From Yuukianura sp. NJ FZ-2021 (lineage: Eukaryota), in contig CM102283.1 in the NCBI GenBank assembly GCA_046563655.1, positions 4,774,001 through 4,838,000 on the forward strand: 64,000 nt of DNA, read 5' to 3'. Within the stretch, counting starts at the first letter, position 1; every line of letters starts with the position of its first letter. This document shows positions 1 through 12,907 of this stretch, one piece after another. The position numbers and the translations under genes are program-made. A model generated the notes under the pieces. The model ran no database searches. It was not told the origin of the DNA and was given only the letters and a program-made list of their open reading frames with translations.

Positions 1-367
1 ACGCTGTTCATTATAATTTATAATGTATTGCCATGGCAACATCGATAACACATTGTGTGTATCTTGTTCAACACATTAACAGCCTCAATTCAGTGCAGAT
101 ATTGTGGCCCTCAAAACTGAAACATGACTTTGGTGCAATTAAACTGTAAAATTGCCAACCCAATTTTGGCGCAGCTCATGCACAAAATAGCACTTCACAT
201 CCACACTAAAATATTGAGCGACGTTTCAGAGCATCAATTCGATAAAAACGGCCTCTCATTTCTTCGGCCTCTCATACTTTTGAGGCAAGCCGGTTTAAAG
301 TCGCATCAATTGTCAACCACCTCCAGAAGACCTATGCTCAACCCTTGAGCATTGCCCTACCTTGTTT
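1..367 (+). mobile_element. 3' end of a HINE (Helentron-associated, DINE-1-like) non-autonomous element, 5' part outside window
   Basis: Ends CTCCAGAAGAC (sub-terminal IR), hairpin ATGCTCAA-CCC-TTGAGCAT, then TGCCCTACCTTGTTT. The last ~80 bp match the reverse complement of 29199-29278, the 3' end of the complete HINE at 29201-30433. Confidence 0.7.
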
Positions 368-579
368 ATTTTGAGAAACGTTTTGCAACTTCTTTATATA
401 AAAATAATTTTCAAAAAGTCGGATTCGAACTCACGCCACTTGCAAAAGCAAGCACAACAATTGGCACTAGGACGCCTAGCCAGTTGACAGTATTCGCTGT
501 GGTTTCTAGCTTAACTACCAAGTAGAACTCTGCTTTGCTGGAGATTTACTGGCGTTCTTTAATTTGAAGCCAAATGCAG

Positions 580-822
580 CGTTTACGAAAACTAATGTTT
601 TGAATTCGCAATGCTTACGAATTGACTATGTTTACGAGTTGACCATGCTTACGAATTGGATGCTTACGAATGCGGGTGCTTACGAACTACCCTTGCTTAC
701 GAATTTTCCGAGTTTACGAATTAGAATGCTTACGAATTGACTATGCTTACGAATTGGGATGCCTACGAATTTGGGTGCTTACGAATTGACTGTTTACGAA
801 CTTGAGCTTACGAATTCACCTG
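580..822. repeat. Cluster of ~15 TTACGAA motifs with short variable spacers, probably a non-autonomous DNA transposon remnant
   Basis: (G/T)CTTACGAATT-like motif recurs every 15-20 bp in one orientation; no convincing TIR or TSD found. Confidence 0.6.
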
Positions 823-879
823 CGTCGGTTACGTTCAACGTATAATAATACGTTGAACGTATATATAACGTAAGTGACG

Positions 880-1745
880 TTATGACGCTATGGAGACCGA
901 CTAGCAACATGAGATTTCTAAGCAACTTCTAGCGTTTTTTTAAACATAGGAGTGGAAAAATGCTACTAACTTTAAGATGAGTAACACACATCAACGTTGA
1001 ACACCCTTATTTCGTAAATTCGACGCTAAGTAAACCTACTAGTAAGTGGAAGACATTTCCGAACTCTCACTATCTTTTTAGCGCTTTCTTGAAACACGGG
1101 TATGGAAAAAATGTTTCTAACCTGAAATTGAGAACACGGGTCAACGTTGAACAGCCATATACCGTAATTTTGACGCTATGGAGAGGGAGACTTTCAGAGA
1201 CTTTTCCCAACTTTCAGCTGATAGTTGGGTTGTCAAATTTTACACTTAAAATTTAACGCATATTTTGAGTAGCAAATTGGAGGAGCCTATACACTTAAAA
1301 TTTACCGCATATTTTGAGTTCCAAATTGTAGAAACTTGCACACTTAAAATTTAACGCATATTTTGAGTTTCAAATTGCAGAAACCTTTACACTTCAAATT
1401 TCACCTCCAAATTTCACCTCCTCAAATTTTATGTTTCTAGCGGTTTTTTAAAACAAGGGTATGGAGAGAATGTGTCTAACCTAAAAGTGAGTAACCCATC
1501 AACGTTGCACACCTATATGCCGTAAATTTGACGCTATGGAGACCGACCAGCGAACCGCGACGTTTCGATAGTCTAAAGATCTTCTAGCGGTTTTTTCGAA
1601 CCTGGGCGTGGAAAAAAATGTTACTAGAAAGAAGACGAGTAGTATGCATCAACGTCGAAGAGCTATACCGTAAATGACGCTGTGAAGATCGACTAGCAGA
1701 TTCAGAGACTTCCTATGCCTAAGCATCTTATAGCGGTTTATTTGC
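880..1745 (+). repeat. Degenerate ~140-150 bp tandem repeat related to the 155/173-bp satellites
   Basis: Recurring GACGCTATGGAGA ... CTAGCGGTTTTTT(G)AAAC ... CATCAACGTTGAA blocks near 884, 1022, 1172, 1530, 1676. Confidence 0.65.
1240..1430 (+). repeat. 49-bp tandem repeat, ~3.5 copies
   Basis: TACACTTAAAATTTAACGCATATTTTGAGT unit at ~1241, 1290, 1339 and a partial copy at 1388. Confidence 0.8.
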
Positions 1746-3541
1746 GACTAACGTGTACTTCTGCTCATCATGTGAAAGACCACAAATATTCTCCCACGGT
1801 GGGGTAATGCCAACGGTTTTAAAAATTTTGAATGAAACAGAGACATTGGCTGCTAATTTTCGTACAGCTGCACCAATATTTTAGAAAGCACTTCTGTTCA
1901 TCGTTTGAAAGATCATATACACTCGTTAAACGATGTTCTAAGGTGTAATATAAGACGAACGGCTTTGAAAATTTTGAATGTAAGAGAAACTTTGGCTGCT
2001 GAATGTTTTAACGCTGAAACTAGATAGTAGAGCGCAAGTTACGTGTGCTTCGGGTCATCGTTTGAAAGACCACAAATATTCTTTGAAAGGTGTTCTGATG
2101 CCTAATATAAATCGAACGGCTTTGAAAATTTTGAATGACAAAGAAACATTGGCTGCTGTATGTTTTACCGCTGAAACTAGATTGTAAAAAGCGAGTAACG
2201 TGTGCTTCGGATCATCGTTTCAAAAACCACAAATATTCTTTCAAAGGTGTTCTGATGCCTAATATAAATCGAACGGCTTTGAAAATTTTGAATGAAAGAG
2301 AGAAATTGGCTGCTGTATGTTTTACCGCTGAAACTAGATTGTAAAAAGCGAGTAACGTGTGCTTTGGGTCATCGTTTGAAAAACAACAAATATTCTTTCA
2401 AAGGTGATCTGATGCCTAATATAAAACGAACGGCTTTGAAAATTTTGAATGAAAAAGAGACATTGGCTGCTGTATGTTCTACCGCTGAAACTAGATTGTA
2501 AAAAGCGAGTAACGTGTGCTTCGGGTCTTCGTTTAAAAGGCCACAAATATTCTTTCAAAGATGTTCTGATGCCTAATATAAAACGAACGGCTTTGAAAAT
2601 TTTGAATGAAAAAGAGACATTGGCTGCTGTATGTTTTACTGCTGAAACTAGATTGTAAAAAGCGAGTAGCGTGAGCTCCGGGTCCTCGCTTCAAAGACAA
2701 CAAATATTCTCTCAAAGGTGTTCTGATGCCTAATATAAAACGAACGGCTTTGAAAATTTTGAATGAAAAAGAGACATTGGCTGCTGTATGTTTTACCGCT
2801 GAAACTAGATTGTAAAAAGCGAGTAACGTGTGCTTCGGATCATCGTTTCAAAGACCACAAATATTCTTTCAAAGGTGTTCTGATGCCTAATATAAATCGA
2901 ACGGCTTTGAAAATTTTGAATGAAAAAGAGACATTGGCTGCTGTATGTTCTACCGCTGAAACTAGATTGTAAAAAGCGAGTAACGTGTGCTTCGGATCAT
3001 CGTTTCAAAGACCACAAATATTCTTTCAAAGGTGTTCTGATGCCTAATATAAATCGAACGGCTTTGAAAATTTTGAATGAAAGAGAGAAATTGGCTGCTG
3101 TATGTTTTACCGCTGAAACTAGATTGTAAAAAGCGAGTAACGTGTGCTTCGGATCATCGTTTCAAAAACCACAAATATTCTTTCAAAGGTGTTCTGATGC
3201 CTAATATAAATCGAACGGCTTTGAAAATTTTGAATGACAAAGAAACATTGGCTGCTGTATGTTTTACCGCTGAAACTAGATTGTAAAAAGCGAGTAACGT
3301 GTGCTTCGGATCATCGTTTCAAAAACCACAAATATTCTTTCAAAGGTGTTCTGATGCCTAATATAAATCGAACGGCTTTGAAAATTTTGAATGAAAGAGA
3401 GAAATTGGCTGCTGTATGTTTTACCGCTGAAACTACAGTGAGTGCCACGACAACCTGCACACCCTAAATTTGTTTCCATGGTAACAACTCAAACTATGGA
3501 GGAAATCCTGTTCCTACACAACCTGAGTTGAGAATTCGAAT

Positions 3542-4010
3542 TAGAGAGTAATTGCAAACCGAAATACAAAGCGGAAATATGAAATATGGAACTTATTGCA
3601 CAGCTTGCACGAAGAAAATTAAACTGTTGTTAAATTAAACAACATGTCAAACTGGAAAATTGTTTATGTTCGCAGTTTATGCGCAGTTAGTGCCAAGTTT
3701 GTGCGCAGTTGGTGCGCAGTTGGTGCGCAGTTGGTGCGCAGTTAGTGCGCAGTTGGTGCGCAGTTGGTGCGCAGTTAGTGCGCAGTTGGTGCGCAGTTGG
3801 TGCGCAGTTAGTGCGCAGTTGGTGCGCAGTTGGTGCGCACAAGTCAATTTTGCCAATCAGCGAATTCTTCTTCCTGTATTCTATATTTCGTAATCGAAAT
3901 AATTGAACTTTTCTATATTTCTCATAATCGAAAAATATAGAATATGGAACGTTCCATATTCTATATTCATATTCTATAAACTCTATAAAGTGAGTTGCAA
4001 TTACTCTCTA
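3542..4010. mobile_element. Inner inverted-repeat module (probable nested MITE) carrying an 11-bp minisatellite
   Basis: Perfect 16-bp IR TAGAGAGTAATTGCAA / TTGCAATTACTCTCTA; TSD ambiguous (possibly TA). Confidence 0.6.
3672..3840. repeat. 11-bp minisatellite (GTGCGCAGTTR)n, ~15 copies
   Basis: Direct tandem reading; explains the AQLVRSWCAV repeat ORFs. Confidence 0.95.
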
Positions 4011-5466
4011 ATATTTAGACAGGATTTTGTTAGGTTGTTTTGTGCAACATGTTTCCCCCCAGATTTCGCAAAATAAACAAAATAATTACTGTGGAGGTGT
4101 GCAGGTTTTCGTGGCACTCACTGTAGATTGTAAAAAGCGAGTAACGTGTGCTTTGGGTCATCGTTTGAAAAACAACAAATATTCTTTCAAAGGTGATCTG
4201 ATGCCTAATATAAAACGAACGGCTTTGAAAATTTTGAATGAAAAAGAGACATTGGCTGCTGTATGTTCTACCGCTGAAACTAGATTGTAAAAAGCGAGTA
4301 ACGTGTGCTTCGGGTCTTCGTTTAAAAGGCCACAAATATTCTTTCAAAGATGTTCTGATGCCTAATATAAAACGAACGGCTTTGAAAATTTTGAATGAAA
4401 AAGAGACATTGGCTGCTGTATGTTTTACTGCTGAAACTAGATTGTAAAAAGCGAGTAGCGTGAGCTCCGGGTCCTCGCTTCAAAGACAACAAATATTCTC
4501 TCAAAGGTGTTCTGATGCCTAATATAAAACGAACGGCTTTGAAAATTTTGAATGAAAAAGAGACATTGGCTGCTGTATGTTTTACCGCTGAAACTAGATT
4601 GTAAAAAGCGAGTAACGTGTGCTTCGGATCATCGTTTCAAAGACCACAAATATTCTTTCAAAGGTGTTCTGATGCCTAATATAAATCGAACGGCTTTGAA
4701 AATTTTGAATGAAAAAGAGACATTGGCTGCTGTATGTTCTACCGCTGAAACTAGATTGTAAAAAGCGAGTAACGTGTGCTTCGGATCATCGTTTCAAAGA
4801 CCACAAATATTCTTTCAAAGGTGTTCTGATGCCTAATATAAATCGAACGGCTTTGAAAATTTTGAATGAAAGAGAGAAATTGGCTGCTGTATGTTTTACC
4901 GCTGAAACTAGATTGTAAAAAGCGAGTAACGTGTTCTTTGGGTCATCGTTTGAAAAACAACAAATATTCATTCAAAGGTGATCTGATGCCTAATATAAAA
5001 CGAACGGCTTTGAAAATTTTGAATGAAAAAGAGACATTGGCTGCTGTATGTTCTACCGCTGAAACTAGATTGTAAAAAGCGAGTAACGTGTGCTTCGGGT
5101 CTTCGTTTAAAAGACCACAAATATTCTTTCAAAGATGTTCTGATGCCTAATATAAAACGAACGGCTTTGAAAATTTTGAATGAAAAAGAGACATTGGCTG
5201 CTGTATGTTTTACTGCTGAAACTAGATTGTAAAAAGCGAGTAGCGTGAGCTCCGGGTCCTCGCTTCAAAGACAACAAATATTCTCTCAAAGGTGTTCTGA
5301 TGCCTAATATAAAACGAACGGCTTTGAAAATTTTGAATGAAAAAGAGACATTGGCTGCTGTATGTTTTACCGCTGAAACTAGATTGTAAAAAGCGAGTAG
5401 CGTGAGCTTCGGGTCCTCGTTTCAAAGACAACAAATACTCTCTCAAAGGTGTTCTGATGCCTAATA

Positions 5467-8295
5467 CATACAGTTGGTAGACTCTAATAGACGCTAGAAA
5501 TCATATATTTCTGCATATGTCAAATCTGCTTCTAGCTCTTGCACCAGTCCAAATGACATGAAAAAACCGATATATAATATTTATGAAGTATACGCTCAGA
5601 TGTTTGCGTACGCAGTTGGCGGGTCAAAATCCTGCTGTGTTAAAAACTTATGAGTTAGAAACGAATGGTACATTTAGCCATTTACAAAGATTAGTTTTGA
5701 GCCAAAATACCTTCCTACCTCACATACAGTTGGTAGACTCTAATAGACCCTAGAAATCATATATTTCTGCCCATGTCAAATCTGCTTCTAGCTCTTGCAC
5801 CAGTCCAAATGACATGAAAAAACCGATATATAATATTTACGAAGTATACACTCAGATGTTTGAGTACGCAGTTGGCGGGTCAAAATCCTGCTGTGTTAAA
5901 AACTTATGAGTTAGAAAAGAATGGTACATTTAGCCATTTACAAAGATTAGTTTTGAGCCAAAATACCTTCCTACATCACATACAGTTGGTAGACTCTAAT
6001 AGACCCTAGAAATCATATATTTCTGCCCATGTCAAATCTGCTTCTAGCTCTTGCACCAGTCCAAATGACATGAAAAAACCCATATATAATATTTATGAAG
6101 TATACGCTCAGATGTTTGAGTACGCAGTTGGCGGGTCAAAATCCTGCTGTGTTAAAAACTTATGAGTTAGAAAGGAATGGTACATTTAGCCATTTACAAA
6201 GATTAGTTTTGAGCCAAAATACCTTCCTACATCACGTGCAGTTGGTAGACTCTAATACACCCTAGAAATCATATATTTCTGCCCATGTCAAATCTGCTTC
6301 TAGCTCTTGCACCAGTCCAAATGACATGAAAAAACCGATATATAATATTTATGAAGTATACGCTCAGATGTTTGAGTACGCAGTTGGCGGGTCAAAATCC
6401 TGCTGTGTTAAAAACTTATGAGTTAGAAAGGAATGGTACATTTAGCCATTTACAAAGATTAGTTTTGAGCCAAAATACCTTCCTACATCACATACAGTTG
6501 GTAGACTCTAATAGACCCTAGAAATCATATATTTCTGCCCATGTCAAATCTGCTTCTAGCTGTTGCACCAGTCCAAATGACATGAAAAAACCGATATATA
6601 ATATTTATGAAGTATACGCTCAGATGTTTGAGTACGCAGTTGGCGGGTCAAAATCCTGCTGTGTTAAAAACTTATGAGTTAGAAAGGAATGGTACATTTA
6701 GCCATTTACAAAGATTAGTTTTGAGCCAAACTACCTTCCTACATCACATACAGTTGGTAGACTCTAATAGACCCTAGAAATCATATATTTCTGCCCATGT
6801 CAAATCTGCTTCTAGCTCTTGCACCAGTCCAAATGACATGAAAAAACCGATATATAATATTTATGAAGTATACGCTCAGATGTTTGAGTACGCAGTTGGC
6901 GGGTCAAAATCCTGCTGTGTTAAAAACTTATGAGTTAGAAAGGAATGGTACATTTAGCCATTTACAAAGATTAGTTTTGAGCCAAAATACCTTCCTACAT
7001 CACATACAGTTGGTAGACTCTAATAGACCCTAGAAATCATATATTTCTGCCCATGTCAAATCTGCTTCTAGCTGTTGCACCAGTCCAAATGACATGAAAA
7101 AACCGATATATAATATTTATGAAGTATACGCTCAGATGTTTGAGTATGCAGTTGGCGGGTCAAAATCCTGCTGTGTTAAAAACTTATGAGTTAGAAAGGA
7201 ATGGTACATTTAGCCATTTACAAAGATTAGTTTTGAGCAAAAATACCTTCCTACATCACATACAGTTGGTAGACTCTAATAGACCCTAGAAATCATATAT
7301 TTCTGCCCATGTCAAATCTGCTTCTAGCTCTTGCACCAGTCCAAATGACATGAAAAAACCGATATATAATATTTACGAAGTATACGCTCAGATGTTTGAG
7401 TACGCAGTTAGCGGGTCAAAATCCAGCTGTGTTAAAAACTTATGAGTTAGAAAAGAATGGTACATTTAGCCATTTACAAAGATTAGTTTTGAGCCAAAAT
7501 ACCTTCCTACCTCACATACAGTTGGTAGACTCTAATAGACCCTAGAAATCATATATTTCTGCCCATGTCAAATCTGCTTCTAGCTCTTGCACCAGTCCAA
7601 ATGACATGAGAAAACCGATATATAATATTTATGAAGTATACGCTCAGATGTTTGAGTACGCAGTTGGCGGGTCAAAATCCTGCTGTGTTAAAAACTTATG
7701 AGTTAGAAACGAATGGTACATTTAGCCATTTACAAAGATTAGTTTTGAGCCAAAATACCTTCCTACCTCACATACAGTTGGTAGACTCTAATAGACCCTA
7801 GAAATCATATATTTCTGCCCATGTCAAATCTGCTTCTAGCTCTTGCACCAGTCCAAATGACATGAAAAAACCGATATATAATATTTACTAAGTATACGCT
7901 CAGATGTTTTAGTACGCAGTTGGCGGGTCAAAATCCTGCTGTGTTAAAAACTTATGAGTTAGAAAGGAATGGTACATTTAGCCATTTACAAAGATTAGTT
8001 TTGAGCCAAAATACCTTCCTACATCACATACAGTTGGTAGACTCTAATAGACCCTAGAAATCATATATTTCTGCCCATGTCAAATCCGCTTCTAGCTCTT
8101 GCACCCGTCCAAATGACATGAAAAAACCGATATATAATATTTATGAAGTAAACACTCAGACGTTTGAGTAGACAGTTGGCGGGTCAAAATCCTGCTGTGT
8201 TAAAAACTTATGAGTTAGAACTACCTCACATACAGTTGGTAGACTCTAATAGACCCTAGAATTTATATATTTCTGCCCATGTCAAATTTGCTTTC
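5467..8295. repeat. 256-bp satellite array (~11 monomers)
   Basis: CATACAGTTGGTAGAC starts at 5467, 5723, 5979 ... (period 256); one monomer near 8220 has an internal deletion. Confidence 0.97.
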
Positions 8296-9150
8296 TACCG
8301 TTTGACCTCTTCAAGGTCAAAAGGTCAACTACTTGAAATTTTGCATTTTTGACTCCACAGCTCTACTCCTATGCAATATGGACTTGATTTTTGACTGGTG
8401 ACCTTTTGACCTCTTCCAGGTCATATAGGTCATAAAGTTGAATGTTGACCTTATATCATAGTTGAGGTTGAAGCTGATTGATTGTTAGGAGACCCAACCA
8501 AGTTTTTCGCTCACTCGCTCTCACTCAAACTAGGTTGATTGATGGCATAATAAGCCGTTAGCCACGCTAATTCTCGGACTTCTCAGATTTCATACGCTGG
8601 GGACACTTCGCCCACCTTTCGATTTTCGAATTTTGGGGAAATAAGGCAAATCATATCTCGGAAGAACTGTTTAAAGGTTTAACACTTTGGGGGAATTATT
8701 AAACCGATGTTGGATACATAATTAGAGCAAATAACGCGCAAAGTGATTTTTTTTTCAATCGGTCACAACCCTAACAAACAAATAGAGTTATAGGCTTTCA
8801 CTTTTCCGTAATCGAATCTGGGGACACATGTCGTCGGGTACGCCGTAGTGCAACCGTGATCTTAATCCACTATGTCTTTCTTGGTCTTGGTCTTGTTTAA
8901 TTGAAATTAAGAAATCCCTAAGGAATTAAGTTAGGCGACTGGTTGAGGTTGAGGTTTAGCGTTTAGGTTACTCGCATTGTCCAATTTAGCATAAGCAGTT
9001 GATATTCTTTCGCTTTGGGCAACTGACGGACGACGGAGACGAGTTGCCTTTGACGTTGCCATTCTTAAAAACAACAATTAAAAACCAATAGTAAGTGGGG
9101 AACAGTAAATTAAATTGATCGATTACATCTTGCTTGAATATGAATTTGCA

Positions 9151-9860
9151 GATGTTCCTGACAGAGACGCTACTGTTCATTGTGTGTATGGTGGTAACTG
9201 GTCTGGTCCTATTTCTCCTTGTTTACTTCGTAAGTTTCCTACTACTAAAGTATTATTAAGAAGAAACTATACTGTATGGGCATTAGATCAACGGTTTATG
9301 TGCGCCGAAATCCTTGTGCTGATTCGGATTTGGTATGATTTCAGATTATTACGTTGTCTGACCTGGAGTGCGACTACATTAACGCTCAGCAGTGCTGTTC
9401 TCGTCTCAACATGGTAAACAACAATCGCATTATTTAATGCCCATTGCCCTGTGAATTATAATACCTAAGTTTGATAGTTCACTCTGAGTTTGAAATTCTT
9501 AGTGGATCATCCCCAAGCTGCTTGGACATTCCGTGGTGACATTCATGTTTCTAATTCATGGCTATTATGTCATGGTTCTGGCCACGCTTCCAGTAACGCT
9601 GTGGGCCGCGTTCGAGTAAGTTGACGGAAGAGTGTTTCAGTTCCAGCTTATCCTATCGTATTCGATACCCCAATGTAACACTGAACTTTCACTAATTACG
9701 CTGTCATTTGCATTCAAGGTTTTGGAGAATTCCTTCAGGAAATCTGGGCGTGTTCGATCCAACAGAAATTCATAATCGGGGTCAATTGAAGGTTCATATG
9801 AGAAATGTTTTGTTGCTTGTTGGATTCCATTTGGTGGCGTTCTTTGTTTACTTATATTGG
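9151..9860 (+). pseudogene. Possible exon fragments of a sushi(CCP)/lectin-like membrane protein, likely degenerate
   Basis: AG/GT-bounded pieces translate to DVPDRDATVHCVYGGNWSGPISPCLL (CCP C-terminal C..G.WS...P.C pattern), [23 protein letters not shown] and a hydrophobic [13 protein letters not shown]; no start found and an in-frame stop at ~9772. Confidence 0.3.
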
Positions 9861-11086
9861 TAAGTTGGAAATTTAATTTCAAAACTCGGATACTCTAGCA
9901 CGACACGACGTTCTAGATTATGATGAACTTTGGAATACTTCTTTCCTAGTATGATCGTGTCTATGCTGAAAGCCGATCCCGTTCCACCGGCCTTGCTCAA
10001 TGATTTTGACGAGTTCTAAGAACTGAGACGAAAGTTATCGTCTTTCTTATTTGTGACATTGGGTTCGCAAATCCATGATCGAAACACCAAGGAATGACAG
10101 CCCATTGTTTCGCCCAATCTACAGGTCACGAACCCATTCGAATTCAACCCTAGTCGGAATTACTTAAACTAAACTTAGTTGTCAATTGTGACTGTGAGAC
10201 GCTGAGGCTGAACAACAACAACATAGACGGGAAGTGTGTTGTATTAAAGTCGTTATTTGTAGTGGACGCCATTGTGTCAATAGGGATTGAGTTCTAAATT
10301 CGCGAGTTCCTGTTTTTGGCGGTGGTGCTCAGCGAATTCTGTGGTCTTCCTCAGTTTAAGGCACCATTATAATCTCTAGAAGATCTCTTTTTTTTTACTT
10401 CGATGTTCCTTTAATGTAACTTGTTTCATAATCTGACTTGTCAATGACTAGGCATACTGTTTGGTGTAAGAATAGAAATAAACAAATTTGAAACGTAACA
10501 TCAAACCAAGAGTTTTACTTTATTTATAAAAGGAACAATTTTTGGAACCCGTTAAAGTTCATTCTCCCATTTTCGGCACAAATGGCTTAACCGTAGGTTT
10601 GAGTCTGAATTTCCGAAAACTCATTCAAGCAGGGCGGCAGCAAGTGCGATTTTTCAACCCGGCTATTTCGTCATTCCGAGGATTAGGAGCTCCCCCCATT
10701 GAAAAACGTGGGAAAACAAGGAAAGAAGTTTCTCGTGTGTGTTGCTGTGTCTTTATTTGTTGTTTTGCAATTTCAAGTTCATTGTTTTATGTTTTGTTCT
10801 TTTGTTTTTCTAAAAATAAACTGTTTCGTTTTCCCACTGTAAAATCCGTCAAATGGAACCGGGTTCTAAGTTTGTCTGTCTTGTAAAGTAGGTAAGGTCG
10901 AAGATTAAATCCATGAGGAGGGGTTAACTGCTTATGTGCCAATTTCTCTTCAGAATTATTATTTTTAACTTGGTAGTAATAATGTTATTGACCTATGTAT
11001 ATGTTTTATGTACTACATGGATTTAGTTCGAAGCTAAGCTAACCATCTGTCTCAATTTACGCAAGAAGAAACAAGGACTGTACAAA

Positions 11087-12690
11087 ATGGATACATCCCA
11101 TACACCAATTCCGGTGTATGAAGTAATGACTGCCTTCAATCAAAGGTCAACCAATGGCCGGGCTGTTATCAACCCGCCAGAAAGTAAGATACCTTACTTG
11201 TTCTATTTAGATTAGTTGAAACGTCCCACTTGAAACTTGAAAGTAAAACATAATTTCCTTAAAGTCATTCTAACATAACAAAATCACTATGAATATGATT
11301 ATCTAAGGGATGGCGCCTCTTCGGGTTCACAAAACTGGAGAACATTGGTACTTCTGCCGCATTTGTGGTCGGACAACTTTGGATCAAAATAAACATGTGT
11401 TACATATGAAGGATCACGAAGCCAGTCTCACTGCCAATCCGTGTCAGTATCAGAAACAGAGTCCGACCCCGCCGTCTTCTCGATATCGAATCGGAAGTTC
11501 AGGGATTAACATTGAAGGCAACGGGAGCCGAAATGAAGCAACCGATTCGGAAGATGACCACGACCTTTTCCATCCACAGACAGGAACGCAAGACCAAACC
11601 GAAGAAGGGATTTGTTGTAAATTATGCAATCGGACCTTTTCAAAATCTAGTAGTTTCAGGTAAGCGAAAATAATCGGTTAATTCAAATTGCTGATGTTGA
11701 CAGCAGTTATCCTATCCAGCTATCTCCTCATATTCTAGGGTTCATATGACGAACGATCATGCTGACGATCCTGATCATACTCAATGTAAATTTTGTGATC
11801 AAGTGTACCATAACTCGTACATGAAGATACATGTGGAGGTACTAAATTATCCTGAATCGATTACTCCGATTAATTGTTTCATAAAAAAGTTCTTTTTTTT
11901 TACATGTAAGCGAAATCATCATCCGGATAACCAAAGCAGCTGTGCCTACTGCAACACCAGAGTCATAAACAAAGCAGCACTTCAGCGACATATTGCAACC
12001 TACCACCCAGATACATTTGTGCCTTCGAGACCTGGAAGAAGGATTTCGAAATACCCATCAGACGATTCTTCCACATCCGATGAACTCACCTCTTCAATCC
12101 AAAGTATTCCATTGGAACAAAATAATGAACACGAGACTGACGCCGATCTTCCACTGGACAACAATGTTTTGTACAGATGCAAAAAGTGCCACAAATCATT
12201 TCTATCCTTGGCATCCTTGAGGTACAACTAGAAATCTTAACTTTTTGATCACCTTTCGAGTGTATATTCACAATACTTTAATTCTTATTTGTAGGAAACA
12301 TTTCTCAGTTCATTCTGAACCTCAACCTCAAGGAAAACGTAGTAATAAGAAGTGCAAATTGTGTTTTAGGACGTTCGTAAGTGTAAAATTATACAAATTT
12401 TTCCTAAAAATTTCAAATCCTCAAAATCTCATATTCTTTATTGTCTTGCAATAGGGCAAAATGAACTTACAGAAGCACATGCAGGTAATCAATTTGAAGA
12501 ACTTTTGCTACGATGATAATCGAATTCATTATGTATCGTCTAATTTTTTTTTTTACAAATTGACCAGGTTGCCCATACTAATGGCCCCTACCAATGTCCA
12601 TACTGTCCATGCAGATTTGAATTTCCCAAGGGTATTCAAACACACATCCATATGCGACACAGCGATAAAGGTCATTCCGGGTCGAGTTAA
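11087..12690 (+). CDS. Multi-exon C2H2 zinc-finger protein (~7 fingers)
   Basis: ATG 11087, TAA 12688-12690; spliced fingers CRICGRTTLDQNKHVLHMKDH, CKLCNRTFSKSSSFR|VHMTNDH, CKFCDQVYHNSYMKIHVE|RNH, CAYCNTRVINKAALQRHIATYH, CKKCHKSFLSLASLR|KHFSVH, CKLCFRTF|GKMNLQKHMQ|VAH, CPYCPCRFEFPKGIQTHIHMRH; GT-AG introns in frame-consistent phases. Confidence 0.9.
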
Positions 12691-12907
12691 ATGCAGCCTC
12701 CTCTCCAATACGCTTCTCTCTGTCGAGCTCTTACTTTTGTATTTATTTTTTAAACACTTTTAGAGTTGCTTTCAACTTCAGTACTACGTATCGAGTAAAC
12801 AATCCTTTTGGTAATATATGTAGAACAACGAATTTGGAGCGCAAAATCAAACCAAGAATACTTTGTTAATATTTAAGTCATAAAATAAGCTCCTTTGAAA
12901 TAAAAAA

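Larger units (their letters stand above)
3436..4123. mobile_element. Tc1/mariner-type MITE (688 bp)
   Basis: 28-bp TIR CAGTGAGTGCCACGA(C/A)AACCTGCACACC with 1 mismatch; TA duplicated at 3434-3435 and 4124-4125; neighbouring monomers show the empty site GAAACTAGATTG; no transposase ORF. Confidence 0.93.
1755..5466. repeat. 157-bp satellite array (~19 monomers), degenerate at the left edge, interrupted by a MITE
   Basis: Exact 157-bp period (repeat-derived ORFs start at 2135, 2292, 2449 ...). Variant monomers recur in the same order at ~2341-3120, ~4130-4910 and ~4915-5460. Confidence 0.97.

Noticed and set aside
580-822. Short repeat-spacer pattern resembling a mini-CRISPR
   Set aside because: Repeat is only 7-10 bp, spacers are 8-12 bp and mutually similar.
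2135-5446. Series of 60-105 aa ORFs (MKKRHWLLYVLPLKLDCKK...)
   Set aside because: They recur with the 157-bp satellite period on both strands; by-products of the repeat.
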